Made by a program: the position numbers and the translations under genes
Notes under the pieces: model-generated
The model's database searches: none
Told to the model about the DNA's origin: nothing
Seen by the model: only the letters and a program-made list of their open reading frames with translations
Part shown: piece by piece, positions 51,488-63,949 of the stretch
How positions within the stretch are numbered: the first letter of the stretch is position 1
Layout: each line of letters begins with the position of its first letter
Assembly (NCBI RefSeq): GCF_002105155.1
Contig: NW_019028979.1
Coordinates: 1,116,001 to 1,180,000 of the forward strand
From: Lobosporangium transversale
Taxonomy: Eukaryota
Direction: 5' to 3'
DNA length: 64,000 nucleotides

Positions 51488-53181
51488 TTGTGTGGCTGCT
51501 ACTACATCCAAAATACTATTTCATTTATTGCAGCAAAATATAAAAAAAAAAAAAAAAAAAAAAAAAACATCCTGTATGATGGAAGATGATAACACTCCTA
51601 CAACTATAAAACGTTTGTATGAAAGTACAGCGAGCACACCTCGATTTTAAAAATATGCTAATGATTGTCAAGATAAAATTCTATGCATCAATAAGTAAGT
51701 GAATATTTTTTTTTTTTTTTTTATTTTTTTTTTTATTTTTATTTTTTTTTTCAAAGCTGGGTATACCGAGTGATCTTCATCCTATAGAAAAGTAACTGTG
51801 GTGCACATGAGGAAGTATTAAATACATTTATATAGCAAAGCAACAGGTCTGGCTAACAATCCTTACTGCGGTTATTTTCATCGCCGGATGATTGGGACCA
51901 CCATTTTTAGGCTAATAGCATCAAGGAAGTTGTACGGTTGTGCTTTGACTCCTCAGTCCACTAATCATTGCCGATTTTTTCATTCTCTTCCACTTCCTCC
52001 CCTCCCTCTATCCAGCTTTGGATAATGTTTATAGCTGTGCAGGATCACCAATAGACAGACAGCCACTGCTGCCCACCAGTCAGGTCCCAAAACAGGCACA
52101 AGTGAGTGGGCGAGTAAGTGGAAATATCAACTCGTCCTATTACACAGTTGGATGAAGATACAACATCTGAAACGCACAAGGATGAAGATAATAAGAGTGA
52201 CAAGGACGATGAATGGGAATGTTGGCTCAAAATTAGGTTAGTGTGTAGTCATTGCAGGTTCTTTAAGAAGCATGGACCTCAAGGACACATCTTTTGATAC
52301 AGATGAATATTGTGACAATGGAAATGCCAGCAGCTGCAAATACAATAGAATGAGCGGCCTTGTAGTAATTAAAACAAATAATAAAAATAAAAATCGTGAG
52401 TGTGGATATTCCCAGATGATAAAGACTTATTGGGATGATAAGTAGTTCGTTTTATGATTCTGGCAAATAATTGGATACCCATCCTTAAACTAAGCAGGAT
52501 ATATACCTTACAACGCTTTGCATTGTCAGTAAAGAAGAAAAAAAAATGATTACAACCATAATAGCAATGCTCGATGCCAAAGGAGGAAGAGGAGGAGGAT
52601 ATGCAGTTGCTACTCTTTACATTGAGGCGGTTATTATCAACTGCTAACTTGGGACGAGCAAATGGTGCAAGAGATCAAGAAAATGTCTTCGATTTCATTT
52701 TTGCAAAGCAAATGGCACAAGATCAGTCGTATCTAGGAGCATCTTGGTAGGTTCTGAGTTCACCAAAGTGCTTTCTATGTACAGCCCCTCTTTTCAACCA
52801 AGTTATAGAAACAAACAGAACTATTCTGAATAGCTGAACAGTTGTTTGTATTGCAACATGTGTACATGTACTGTAGATGAGGTCGAAGATGACCAATAAT
52901 CAGTGGAGTAAACACAAAGATAGAAGATGGAAAGCATTAAAGTTTATTGGCTTCGAGCCTTTCTCAGCGCAAAAAAATTTTGATTTGATTTTCTTGTGAT
53001 GTTTTTTTTAGGGGGGTAATTGTGTAACATGGATTTCAGCAAATTTTCAACAAATCCAATAAAAATCTATTCATTTTAGAAGCGCACGAAATTGAGGCTT
53101 GTAACTTCAGTAAGTAGTCTTCTCAAGGTGTGGAAGAAAAAAAAAAAACAGATTCTCACCCCTTCTTTCAAAAATACAAAA

Positions 53182-54997
53182 ATGAACTCCACCCCTCCTC
53201 CATCCCAACAAAGCGACAGAAGCGAGCTTGCTCACTCTTCTACTGCTCAAGAACAACAAACTGTCAATGAAAATGAAAATGAAAATGAAGAGCCTCTGAT
53301 TCGGACTCGTCCATTGTATGCCAACAACAAATCTGCTCAACCAACGCGTGTACATCAACACTGGCACCAGCAGGAAAATCAACCTCATCAGCAAATTCAT
53401 CAAGTTCAACACCATCAACAGCTGCATCTTTCGCAGTACGGTCGACAGCCCCCTGCAGGCCAGGTAATGTGAAGCCTGTTGTCTTTGACCCATCAATTAA
53501 AGGTAATCGAGAAAGTTTAACCAAATCCATTTCGCTCCATTGTTGTAGAACGTTGGGGGTTCACCTCTCTCTTTCATTCCAACCTCCGCTCTACTTTATC
53601 CATCCTACCCGGGCTATCCTGTGGCAAACTTTCAGACCGAGTTTACCGCTCCACTTTCTCCTGCCTCTTCCTTCCACTCCCCTACTCCTTCTACTCATTC
53701 TTTGTCTCCGCCTCCCCTTGGTGCGATGTCCTCCATTTCATCGGGCTCGAACGCCTATCGCGTTAAACGTAAAGCGACGACAGTGACGCACGACTCTTCG
53801 GCGTCTCGCAAACGACCATCTTCGTCATCGTTACAGTCATCAGAGTTGAAGACACAGCAAGGCATGTCAGGGAGAGCTCCATCATTCTCTTTCAAAAAAG
53901 AGCACGAAACATGTATTGCTAGGCAAATGGCGCTTCCCGAAAATTGGCCAATTTTAACAGCAAGAGGGAAGGCAAGAAAAGATCGCCGATCAAAACGGGA
54001 TGTCTTTGCGGACATTGCGCGAGAGCTCAACAAGAAATTCACTACAGAAGAAAGCAAACTGAAGATTGGCGAAAGCCAAGTAAAAAACAAAGTGGAGGCC
54101 ATGTATAGGATCTTTTGCAAGGAATGCACTTTTTACAATTCAACTGGAAATGGTGATAAACCTGGTGGCCTAACCTTAGACGAACAGATGAATTATAGAT
54201 GTCACTATTTCTTCATCCTGTTCGAGGCTGGTTCCATATCAGACGACGGTGAGATCGTTGTTCATGATAACGAATCATTTGTCCCTCCCATGATGCGTCA
54301 GGCCAGTGCCAAGGTTGATGTTCAGAATAACGTTGAAGATGTGGAATGGTCAGATACTGAAGGTAGCACGAACGAAGACAATGACGGATACAACGATGAC
54401 GATGGTAACAACGGTGGTGACGATGATGTTGGCTCTAGTGACCATGGAAGACGCGCAACATCAGTTGCCTCGACTGTTGCTTCAATAAAGTCAACAAAGT
54501 CAACAAAGAAATCAAACCAGGAAACGTTGTCAGCCCCACCAAAGACAAAAGGACCACAGCAAAATGACATAACTCAAGTGGTCGATTTTATGCGCGAGGC
54601 TGAAAACAAAAAAATGGAAATAGAAAACAAAAAAATGGAAATAGAAAACAAAAAAATGGAAATAGAAAACAAAAAAATGGAAATAGAAAACAAAAAAATG
54701 GAAGTAGAAAGAATCAGGATAAAAATGGAGGAGGAAAGAGAAAAAAGGAGGCTAAAAATGGAGGAAGAAAGGCATGCGATTTATAAGAGGGAGCGCGAGC
54801 TGGAACTACGGGGCCGTGAACTGGAATTACAAGAGAGAGAGCTTAAAATGGCTTTAGAAAAAAGAAAATTGCAATCCCCAGAACGTGACCCCAGTATTAA
54901 TTTTAATCTTAAGAATGTGTTTGCATTCCGCTCCAGGTCCAACAGTGCTTCACCAACTAGGTCTGGTACAGCTCATAATAATAGCCAAGGCTTTTGA
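53182..54997 (+). CDS. Harbinger accessory (Myb/SANT-like DNA-binding, coiled-coil) protein
   Basis: Exons 53182-53463 and 53549-54997 join in frame. Contains PENW...KRDVFADIARELN...ESQVKNKVEAM...FYNSTGNGD...CHYFFIL and a C-terminal E/K/R coiled coil. Confidence 0.72.
54602..54706 (+). repeat. 21-bp tandem repeat x5 encoding heptad ENKKMEI
   Basis: gaaaacaaaaaaatggaaata repeated 5 times; the last copy has one substitution. Confidence 0.95.
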
Positions 54998-55034
54998 AAT
55001 TGTTCGAAACACTCTTCATAGGAGATTCTTATTT

Positions 55035-56364
55035 CTATAGTGATGTCTCATTAAACATTGTCGCTTTTAGTTTTGCTCGCTTGATATCGCCAAGTACCTT
55101 CATTGCTGCCTCGTAGCGTTCTACTGCTTTCCAATCACTAAAGTCAATGTCTTCTTCAAGACATTCCTGTGCTTGGAATCCCTCAGTCACTCCATCTTGC
55201 ACTTCACGTACCCATTTTTGTTGTTCCTGTCCTTGCTCCAATGTTGCGTTTGATTCAGGGTCCATGAGTTCCTGATCATCTTTATCAAGTCTCGTAAGGA
55301 CATTGTGAAGGACGACACAGGCTAGTACATGGGCTGTAGCAACATCAACGTCTTCTTGTCTTAAAACTCTAAGTCGTAGCGAAGTCAGAGATGGAAAGCG
55401 ACCCTTGAGCATCCCTAATTGCGTGTTCAATCTTTGCTCGAATGTGGCTGAGGCGCTTATTGAATTCCCTTGCATTGGCGATAAGACCTTGCATTCTGGA
55501 GTAACCTGTCATTAGGGTGGGCGACGACTTGTATGCCGCATCTCCTATTAGATGTTCCTCCTCACAAAAATATTCATGTTTTTTTGTAAATTGCTTCGTT
55601 TTCTTGAATGCACTAGAATCGTGCCAAGTCCCATAATACCCTGTATAAAAGGCCGTAAAGATACCCTCATGGTCGCAAATCGCTGTCGCCCCCATTGCGA
55701 AGCGCCCTTTTCTTGTAGCCCAAAAGTCTCGTTTCCAAGATGGGGCGCGTAGGTGAGGAAGGTCAGTCCCATCAATGATACCTATGAGATCTGGAAATCC
55801 TGCCTTTGCAAACGCCAACTTAATTTCCGCTTTTCTGTTAGCATCGGGCCATTTGATGATATCGTTGGCTATGGCACAAAGTGCGGTAATAACTCGCTGG
55901 TAGTACTTGTGTGCAGTACCAACAGAAACACCCATAGAAGGGTCAATCGACTCGTACGAAGCCAGAGATCCATTGTGGGCAAGGCGTTGGAGAGCAACCA
56001 TCAATTGAATTCTGACGCTTGGTTGAACCCTATAACCAGTGGACTGGAAGCAGGGGTGGTCCTTAATAAGATCAACCACAACGTCCATTTGCTCTTTCGT
56101 CATTCGAAAGGCTTTCTTAAAAATTCTGGGACTCGAATTGGCAAGGACCTGGTCCCGATGGACCGAGGACTTGAGAAAACTCAACCTAGTCCGAGAAACT
56201 AAATATCTAGCTGTCCGATATTTCTTAATGGCCAAAAGAGGCAAAAGTGCAGTAGGACAGGTCTTTGGGAACTGGAGAGTCCACATTAGTAGCATTTTCA
56301 TCGCTGATAAAGTGCCCTCACGAGCGCTCAAAGGATGGCGATCAAAATTGCGATAACGGACCAT
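55035..56364 (-). pseudogene. Harbinger/PIF DDE transposase (DDE_Tnp_4 type) with a single frameshift
   Basis: Motifs FRMTK, IGIIDGT, GTWHDS, LIGDAAY and FNKRLSHIRAKIEHA. An extra base at ~55419 shifts the frame to LGMLKGRFPSL...ACVVLHN. Confidence 0.88.
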
Positions 56365-56725
56365 TGTAAAAAGAAAAAAAGGCTTGGGGGAAGAAGGGTA
56401 GGAAGGTGTACTTTCGTGCGTTTCTAAAATGAATAGATTTTTATTGGATTTGCTGAAATCTATGTTACACAATTACCCCTAAAAAAAACATCACAAGAAA
56501 ATCAAATCAAAATTTTTTTGCGCTGAGAAAGGCTACGCGTACTTCTGAACATTAAGCAATGTCCTGTGCCAGTAAACCAAACAAGGATAAGCTGTACAAC
56601 ATGAGCAAGCCTCAGGATGGTTTTTTTTTTTTTTTTTTTTTTTTCTCCTTCGCCACTTGGAGTGACAAGAGTGAAATGGTTAGCGCAACCCTTGGAAATG
56701 AGGAAATTCTTCAGTTTCAATCAAG

Positions 56726-59190
56726 ATGACAGAACAATAATACCAACAATTCCGAAATGCCGACAACATCATTGAAGAAGTTTGTGTCAGAACTGCTTCC
56801 ACCTCTGCAAACAATGGTAACTCATCATGCTCTGTGTGGTTGCAAGACATTCGAGAAGTGTTTCCGGATGCACTGCGATTTAAGTTGAATGGCCATCCCA
56901 TTCCTTTTAGATGCTGATGGCAACAGGTATGCAAAGTTATTATTTGTTTTTTACCATGGTGCCTTATCAATTGCTCTGAAAAGAAAATGGGTGAATTTAA
57001 TTTGGCAAAGTTCATTATTTTTTGTCTATTAGAATCGAACCTCCACGCATTGCGTTCTATCTTGACAAGGTCCTGGATGTCATTACAGGAATATCGCCGA
57101 TCTGCAACTGCAACAATAGTAGCAACGTCAATAGCAACCGCAAAGTCGTCATCCGTTTACCTATATCGCAGAAGTTATCAAATCTGACTTCCTCACATGA
57201 ACTCCTTTTACCAATATCAAATTTGGTTCAGTCTTTCAACCAATCTTTTACTGGCAACAACGCACAAGCCGAGATGATCAACTCTAACCTTGAAAAGATT
57301 GCAGAGTTGCTGCTTGAGGCCAAAGAGAAGGATGACAAAATAATTGAACCGCAATTAGAGGCTAAGGAGAAGAATGATAAAATGCTTGAGCTACAAAGCC
57401 AAGCCCTTGACAGACTTGCCATCCTTCAAAAGCAGGCCAATGCTATCCTCACTCAGAACTTTGAACTATACGAATATCCAATCCCTCGACTTTTTATCAT
57501 TTTACCTGACAACACCACCACCAAATGGGACCCAAGGAAAGTTTTGAGGAACAAATTCCGCCTTTATTTCCTCTGTGAATGTGGGGATCACACTGCAGAG
57601 ACAAGCAAGAGTATTCAGAACCAAATTCATATTGCCAAGCATGATGGATATGAAGTCCGAGACAGCACAGAGTTCTTTCGGAAGTATGGGAAATATATGC
57701 TAATCCTTTTACAGATGCTCAAGTTAGGAATGGGAGCAACCCCGGCTACTTCATTGACACCAGGTCCAAATCTGATCGATGCTGCTATCGCTTACTCAAT
57801 CGCTTATATGGGTACGCTTTCCAAGAAATATCCAGTTTTGGACAACGCCAACGCAATCGATGACTATGGAGAGCTTGAAGGGGCTGACCTTCGACAGCTG
57901 GACACATTCCTTCGTATTAACGATGAGGGCAGAAAACTTGGTAACCTGTACAGGATCACTACAGAAACAGGCCGTGTCAAATGGGTTTGTTTTGAACACT
58001 ATCGTTGGACATATAGAGAAGCAGAACAGAAAGTGTTTGAAAATGCAGTGGAGACGAATGGAGGTGAATATGACTCGCACCTTGGTAAAGTGGTTATCAC
58101 ATTGGAATCAAAAACTAGAGCTGGAGAATTCTTCGATGCGCTGACCAATGCAAGACGTGTTTACGAGCTGGTCATCGCATTCAGGTGGCAATGGACCAAG
58201 ACTGACCTTGAAGCATTTGAGAAAGCACTCAAGATGTCTAGTGTATCGATTCTTCGACTTGATCTTGGAGAATTTCAAGGGAGCACAACCAGAAAAATAC
58301 TTTCTACATCTTTACGATACGAAATACTTGTTCGCATCATGGAGATTAGCAACATGAAGACGATTCATATTGCTCTATCCCCCGACCTCATAAAGTTTTC
58401 AAATTTACAGCCCAGAAGATCGTCACAGCTTCATCAGCTATCCTTTAAGGTGCAACCTCAATCGATCAGAGCTGGTGAATATCGAGTAATTGCAAATTCA
58501 CTCAAGTCCAACACAGCTTTGACCGCCTTGGACCTGAGAGATAACTTAATTGGGGAAGAAGGGGCCCTGACACTGTCTAAGGCACTAAAGACGAACACGA
58601 CACTAGCCACTTTGAACTTACTCGACAACTCAATTGGAAAAGAAGGAGCTGTAGCACTGTCAGAAGCACTCAAGACGAACAGGACTTTGGCCATTCTGGA
58701 TGTAGAGTACGATTCGTTTGCGTAAGAAGGAGCCCTAATGCTGTCAAGGACCAACACGACATTAACCAGTTTGGCCTTTAGTAATAAATCAATTGGAAAT
58801 GAAGGAGCTTTGGCACTAGCTAAGGCACTCAAGACGGTCACAACTTTGACTTACTTGGATTTGAGATACAACTCAATTGAGGATGAAGGGGCTGTAGCAC
58901 TGTCAGAGGCACTCACGATGAACACAAGTTTGACTACCTTGCACTTGGATAGCAACTCATTAGGGATGAAGGAGCTCAGGCACTGTCAGAGGCACTCAAG
59001 GTGAACAAGTTTGACTATCTTGAAGTGGTAACTCGATTAGGAATGAAGGAGCGCAGGAACTGTCAGAGGCGCTCAAGATTAACAGAAGCTTGATTACGCA
59101 GTTGCGCTTCAATAAGGTTAGGAAGGGCACTGTCTGAGGTGCTCAAGACTAGCACAACTTTAACTACTTTGGACTTGGGGTGCGAGCGTA
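56726..59190 (+). pseudogene. RNI-like leucine-rich-repeat gene of a Mortierella-type expanded family, disabled
   Basis: MTEQ*YQQFRN has a stop at codon 5. There is a frameshift near 56908 and an intron to ~57031. The central part has LTQNFELYEYPIPRLFIILP and LGNLYRITT..G.VKWVC. The 28-aa LRRs (LKTNTTLATLNL..NSIG.EGA) are interrupted by TAA at 58723 and by later frameshifts. Confidence 0.82.
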
Positions 59191-59800
59191 GCATGATATT
59201 TGTTTTGTATTTTAAAACCTGAAAGATTACACTAATAATATTCTTGTGAAATGTAGTAAGAGAAAAGATATACAAGTATTCTTTCTATTATCCAAATAAA
59301 GGCGCTCATTCTCGACTCGTTATACTGCATTTGAAGTGCATTATTAATTTATATCAGGTTTGATTCCTAAGGAGTTCTGGCATTGTTTTTTGGGCGGAGC
59401 AATTTAGAAGTGCTACTGGATATCGTGCACATGGTTGTGGAAGCTACGGCTACAGCAATAGGGCTCGCGAGGGTGACAACGACAAGACTTGTGATGACAA
59501 ACACGCTATAATTTGTTCCATTTGGTGTGTCAGTTGCCACCTCGGCTGCTTGTTAGCCAAATCTTGAATCTACAAGTGGTTTTTTATTTCAAACTCTTAT
59601 TCACGTACAAATGTTTGGTCCTTCGATTGAATAGCCAAGGGGAACAGATAAAATATTAGCTAAATATATTTGACTGTGGATCACGGGGACTAGCAAAATT
59701 TTTGGAAAGGAAAACGCCATCAGCTCCACTTTTGTTCTTAATCTTTACACTCGAAGCCTTACCCCTCGACTAATAAGAAGCTGAAGATAGTATCGCAGCC

Positions 59801-61666
59801 ATGCTAGTCATAAGCATATTTGACATTTCACTGATCCTGGACATGATCTCTAACAATCTGACCACGGAGGACATCTTTACCTGCTGTAGAGTCTCTAAGA
59901 CCTGGGCAGTGCTCTTCACACCATACCAGTGGCGATCTCTCAAGATTGATATCCCAAGTCCACGATTACTACACTCTTCGGAGGCCAAGCTCATCTCCAG
60001 CCATGCTCATCTGATCCGGCACTTGGATATCAGTAGCCTTCGAATATTAAGCGCATTATTGTTCAATCCAGTGCCAGCGCCTCTGACATTTTTTTCAGAA
60101 GACAACACCTACAAAACAGCATGTACCGGCCTTCGGTCACTAGTTTGCAGTATTGACTCATTAGATGGAGAAGATATGTACAGTACAAACCGATTTAATA
60201 AGTCGAAGGCGCTACTTGAGCTAATTCGGCTGAACCCTCGACTCCAGCGACTTCATATTAATATATGTCATTGGAGAGTTCCTAAATACGTCGCTCAAGT
60301 ATTCTCACTACTGTCCACATCTTCTCTGACAAATCTCTGTGTTTCAACACCATCTATCTTCAGTGAAAAAGTTTACCGTGTGATCCTTCGCTCATGTCCC
60401 GAAACCCTAAAATATCTCTCTGTTCATACCACCTTTGCATCTTCACTAAGACATAGCGTTGATGAAGGAGATGATGAAGATGATGCAGACGGGCCCACTG
60501 CAAACCTACCACTCTTGCCTCATGGACAGCAACGATTATTTAGTGGACTCCAGGAACTGCATCTCACAGGACTTATGGGTATCGAATGTGCTACGACGAT
60601 ATTCTTTCCATTGTTACGGCGCTGCTCCTCTCTTTCTGTTTTGGCCGTACCTGAGATCAATTCCGCTCTGATGATGACGTTAGGAGCTATATTGCGGGAA
60701 TATTGTCCACTACTTTCAACCCTAATAGTCTATTGGGAGAATCTTTTTCCAACTGATCTCGCCGCATTGATCAAAGAAGCTTTTCCTGTAGTACCCCCTT
60801 TTTCTTGCAGGCTAAAATCCTTGACTATCGGAGGCTGGGCTCAGGGGGCTGAACCCTTCAACCCATTTGACGAAGGTGACATAATGTTTGATGCTCTTCC
60901 TGCTATCCTGGATCATTGTGGGCCGTCCCTGGAATGCTTACGGTTACTGGACGGCTTAGCCTTATCTTGGACTGATTTTGGGCGCATACTCACATCTTGC
61001 TCTACATTGAAGGAACTGTCATACGTCCCACCTATTAATGGAAGATATCTGTCGTTCGCAAAAGGGAGGAGCAGTGGTCCCTTGGAAGGGTTGGCTTCTG
61101 GCCCACAATGGTGTTTCAAGGACATAAAAGTCCTCCACTTGCATGTATTTGACTATTTAATTGTCAAACAGGAGGCGCCAATAGTTGCCAAAAATGACTC
61201 TGGAGTAGGGCTTGACTCAACAGCCCAAGAAGCTCGAGAAGACACACTAAAAATAATCAATCTATCACACGATCATGAGATAAACTCCTTAAATCTGGTA
61301 TCCTCCCGATCAGTCCAAGTATGGATAGGATTGCTTTTCAAACGACTAGGCCAACTTGTCAAGCTGAGAGAATTAATTCTAGGTTGGGAGTCACCATGTA
61401 TGCCCGCCAAACAGACACTCTTCTCATGGGGGTTCAAGGAGGGTCTGCAGCATTTAACGGGACTGAAAGATCTGGAAGTCTTGCATCTATGGGAAAGTTC
61501 AATCATCTATACTCCAGAGCAAGCAGCACGACTCCCAAGGAGCAAGCGGCAGGAAAGTAATCGATTCTGGGGTCAGCGAGAGCGGCAATGGATGAAGCAA
61601 CATTGGCCACGACTTCGAGAATACAGTGAAATTCCAGTCATCCAGACCGGTCCCGAACGCTTTTAG
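59801..61666 (+). CDS. F-box protein with degenerate LRR/RNI-like body
   Basis: N-terminal F-box SIFDISLILDMISNNLTTEDIFTCCRVSKTW...FTPYQWR. C-terminal RLGQLVKLRELILG...GLQHLTGLKDLEVL...WMKQHWPRL. Intronless. Confidence 0.82.
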   Translation: MLVISIFDISLILDMISNNLTTEDIFTCCRVSKTWAVLFTPYQWRSLKIDIPSPRLLHSSEAKLISSHAHLIRHLDISSLRILSALLFNPVPAPLTFFSEDNTYKTACTGLRSLVCSIDSLDGEDMYSTNRFNKSKALLELIRLNPRLQRLHINICHWRVPKYVAQVFSLLSTSSLTNLCVSTPSIFSEKVYRVILRSCPETLKYLSVHTTFASSLRHSVDEGDDEDDADGPTANLPLLPHGQQRLFSGLQELHLTGLMGIECATTIFFPLLRRCSSLSVLAVPEINSALMMTLGAILREYCPLLSTLIVYWENLFPTDLAALIKEAFPVVPPFSCRLKSLTIGGWAQGAEPFNPFDEGDIMFDALPAILDHCGPSLECLRLLDGLALSWTDFGRILTSCSTLKELSYVPPINGRYLSFAKGRSSGPLEGLASGPQWCFKDIKVLHLHVFDYLIVKQEAPIVAKNDSGVGLDSTAQEAREDTLKIINLSHDHEINSLNLVSSRSVQVWIGLLFKRLGQLVKLRELILGWESPCMPAKQTLFSWGFKEGLQHLTGLKDLEVLHLWESSIIYTPEQAARLPRSKRQESNRFWGQRERQWMKQHWPRLREYSEIPVIQTGPERF

Positions 61667-61866
61667 TTTGCTTTTAATGTGGATTCATAATGTATATTTA
61701 TATACGCGAGCTTATATATATAAAAACACGGTTGTATATACAGATAATGTTGCTTCAAAAAAAAAATCAAAGTCAATAAAATTAGAACACAAAGCTAGAA
61801 GCTTTTTTACGCATCAAACTGAAGCGAAATAAGACTTTTTATTTTATTTTATTTTATTTTTATATC

Positions 61867-61910
<44 letters not shown>

Positions 61911-61929
61911 GGAGCTACACAACGGGGGA

Positions 61930-63949
61930 CTACAGCACGACGATCACTACAGAGCCCTCGTCCCCTTCTTCACCTTCTTTCTCCATAATACCTAGATCCT
62001 TACGTGCTTGGTCCAAGACCTTGGCCAGTTCGAGCGCACAGTTCTCTTCACCCTTCTCCAATACATTCGCTGCTATGCGAGATAATTCAAAGTCCGATAT
62101 GAGAGCTTGATCATTTGGGTTCGTATTGGCCTTGCCTAGGCCCGTTGCTGTCGATGCGTCCTGTACGGAGCCATCTGCTGTAGCTATGTTTGTCAATGTG
62201 TGGGTAGTATATAGCAGTCCACGGCTCAAAAGGATTAACAATTGATCTGAAGGGCCTCTCGCAGCGTTCGCTGGTATCGATCCATTCCTTGTCTCCAGTA
62301 TGAAGCGGGTGATTTTAGGGTCTGCAGAAATATAGGGAGGATCATTCAGATTGTTGATGCCAATCTCATCCTGATCTTGCTGACTTGAACGTTCAGCCCT
62401 TGGTTCCCCGTTCTGTTCTTGGCCGCTTCTAAGCGTTTGATCGATTTTTGCGCGCAATGACTTTTCGACCCAAGGTGCGACAGAAGATCTAGCTTCCTGT
62501 TCGACCTTCCAATCCAAGTCTCCGAAAGCACGGGTTACAGGCAAGCCCAGGAATTTGCCATGTCTTGTTAAGAAGGTGTTTTGTGCAGATTCTGTTGAGC
62601 TACTATCGCTGTTACTGCCGTTGGTACTGTCGGTTGTGCACGAGGTTGAGCTACCGTTGTGTTGAGTTAAGAACTGCTCTGCAGTGAGTGCACGCTCCTT
62701 TGCCTCTGATGTGACTTTATAGTATTCTTCTGAGCCTGGATACCGGACCGAATGCTCGTGAGTTTCTGGTGGGTTGAGCCGACGAGCAGTCCACTGGCCT
62801 GCCGCGTCGTATCCTGCAAGTATGGCAACGGAGTCTCCCAATTGGGCAAGATAGAGGTCATGTCGACGTAAATCTACCCCTGTTTCTGAGGATGATGGCG
62901 ATGATGTGTGAGGAGCCAAGAAGGTAACTAAGGCTGTAGATCCTGTGATGACTTGAGCGATGACCTCTTGGGTTTTCTTCACTTCGTCCTCAGCGTTCAT
63001 TTCAGTACCATCGGGTTGAGCTAACGAGACGGTGATAGCAGTCGCCAGAAGCAACTCGTCAAGTTCTTTAAAGGTGGATTTGAGGGTGTCGATGACCTGA
63101 ATTGGGTCAATCTTGCAAGTGTTGGGGTTGGCATGGCGATGATCACGGTCATCGTCCGAATGATCTAGTTGGGTAGAGAGGGATTCATCGAGGATTGGCA
63201 CAAGGTGTTGTTGGAGATATTCGGCACATTGTGGACCATGGTGGGCTAACCGCACGAAAAGATGGAGGAAATGTGCAATACAAAAATATAAAGTTAAAGT
63301 AGTGTGAGCGATGCGATAAAGGGCATTTAAGGCATGGAAATAAATAAAGTAAAGTAAAGTAAAGTAAAATAAAGTAAAATAAAGTAAAATAAAGTAAAAT
63401 AAAGTAAAATAAATTAAATAAAATGAAATAAAATAAAAAAAATAAAAAATAAAAAAAGGAGTTGTGGGGTCCAAGACGGTTCATGGTTGATGTGGTTGGA
63501 AACGCGCATTTTTTTTTTTTTTTTTTTTTTTTGTAAATAAACAATTTTTGAGGAACAAAAACGGGAAATCGAGTGCCAATGGATTGGTTAGAGTTGTTGT
63601 TATTGGTGAATGTGGTCTCGTACAACCATTCCTTATTTTTGTTATCGACTGCATAAACAAGCAAGGAGTCTTGAAGGAGAAGAGCAAAGAATGTGGGGTT
63701 GCATTGACTAATTCAGAGCAAAAGGGCTAACTTACGATCGTATAATCCGACTAAAAGTCCACCTTCAAAGCCTGTAGGTTGGATGCTGACGCGTCCATTG
63801 TGCTCGCCACGACCATTTCCTTCTTGACTAGCTTGAAAGGATGTTGAGGTAACGGGGTATTGTCTGACAAACGAATGGGCTTTGATTGAATTGGCTGTAG
63901 GGATCACAGCCACGGTAGTTACTGGTTTGTTGGACTCTGGTACTGTCAT
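61930..63949 (-). CDS. PP2C/PPM-fold protein with degenerate metal-binding motifs
   Basis: Exon 1 (63949-63736) joins exon 2 (63245-61930). Motifs LVGLYDPHHG, GSTALV, LYLAQLGDS, LPVTRAFGDLDWK, PPYISADP, LILLSRGL and GDEGSVVIVVL. Confidence 0.75.
63338..63452. repeat. AAAGT/AAAAT pentamer microsatellite in PP2C-like intron
   Basis: Directly visible tandem array. Confidence 0.9.

Larger units (their letters stand above)
52956..56534. mobile_element. PIF/Harbinger DNA transposon (~3.6 kb) with long TIRs
   Basis: TIRs at 52956-53091 and 56412-56534 are near-identical, beginning AGCCTTTCTCAGCGC. They differ by an 11-bp indel, 2 G's and 2 substitutions, and enclose a Harbinger transposase plus a Myb/SANT-like ORF. 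Confidence 0.92.

Noticed and set aside
52060..52240. Acidic coding-like fragment (DEDTTSETHKDEDNKSDKDDEWEC) ending in a donor-like site
   Set aside because: No start, no continuity and no family match; at most an unidentifiable relic.
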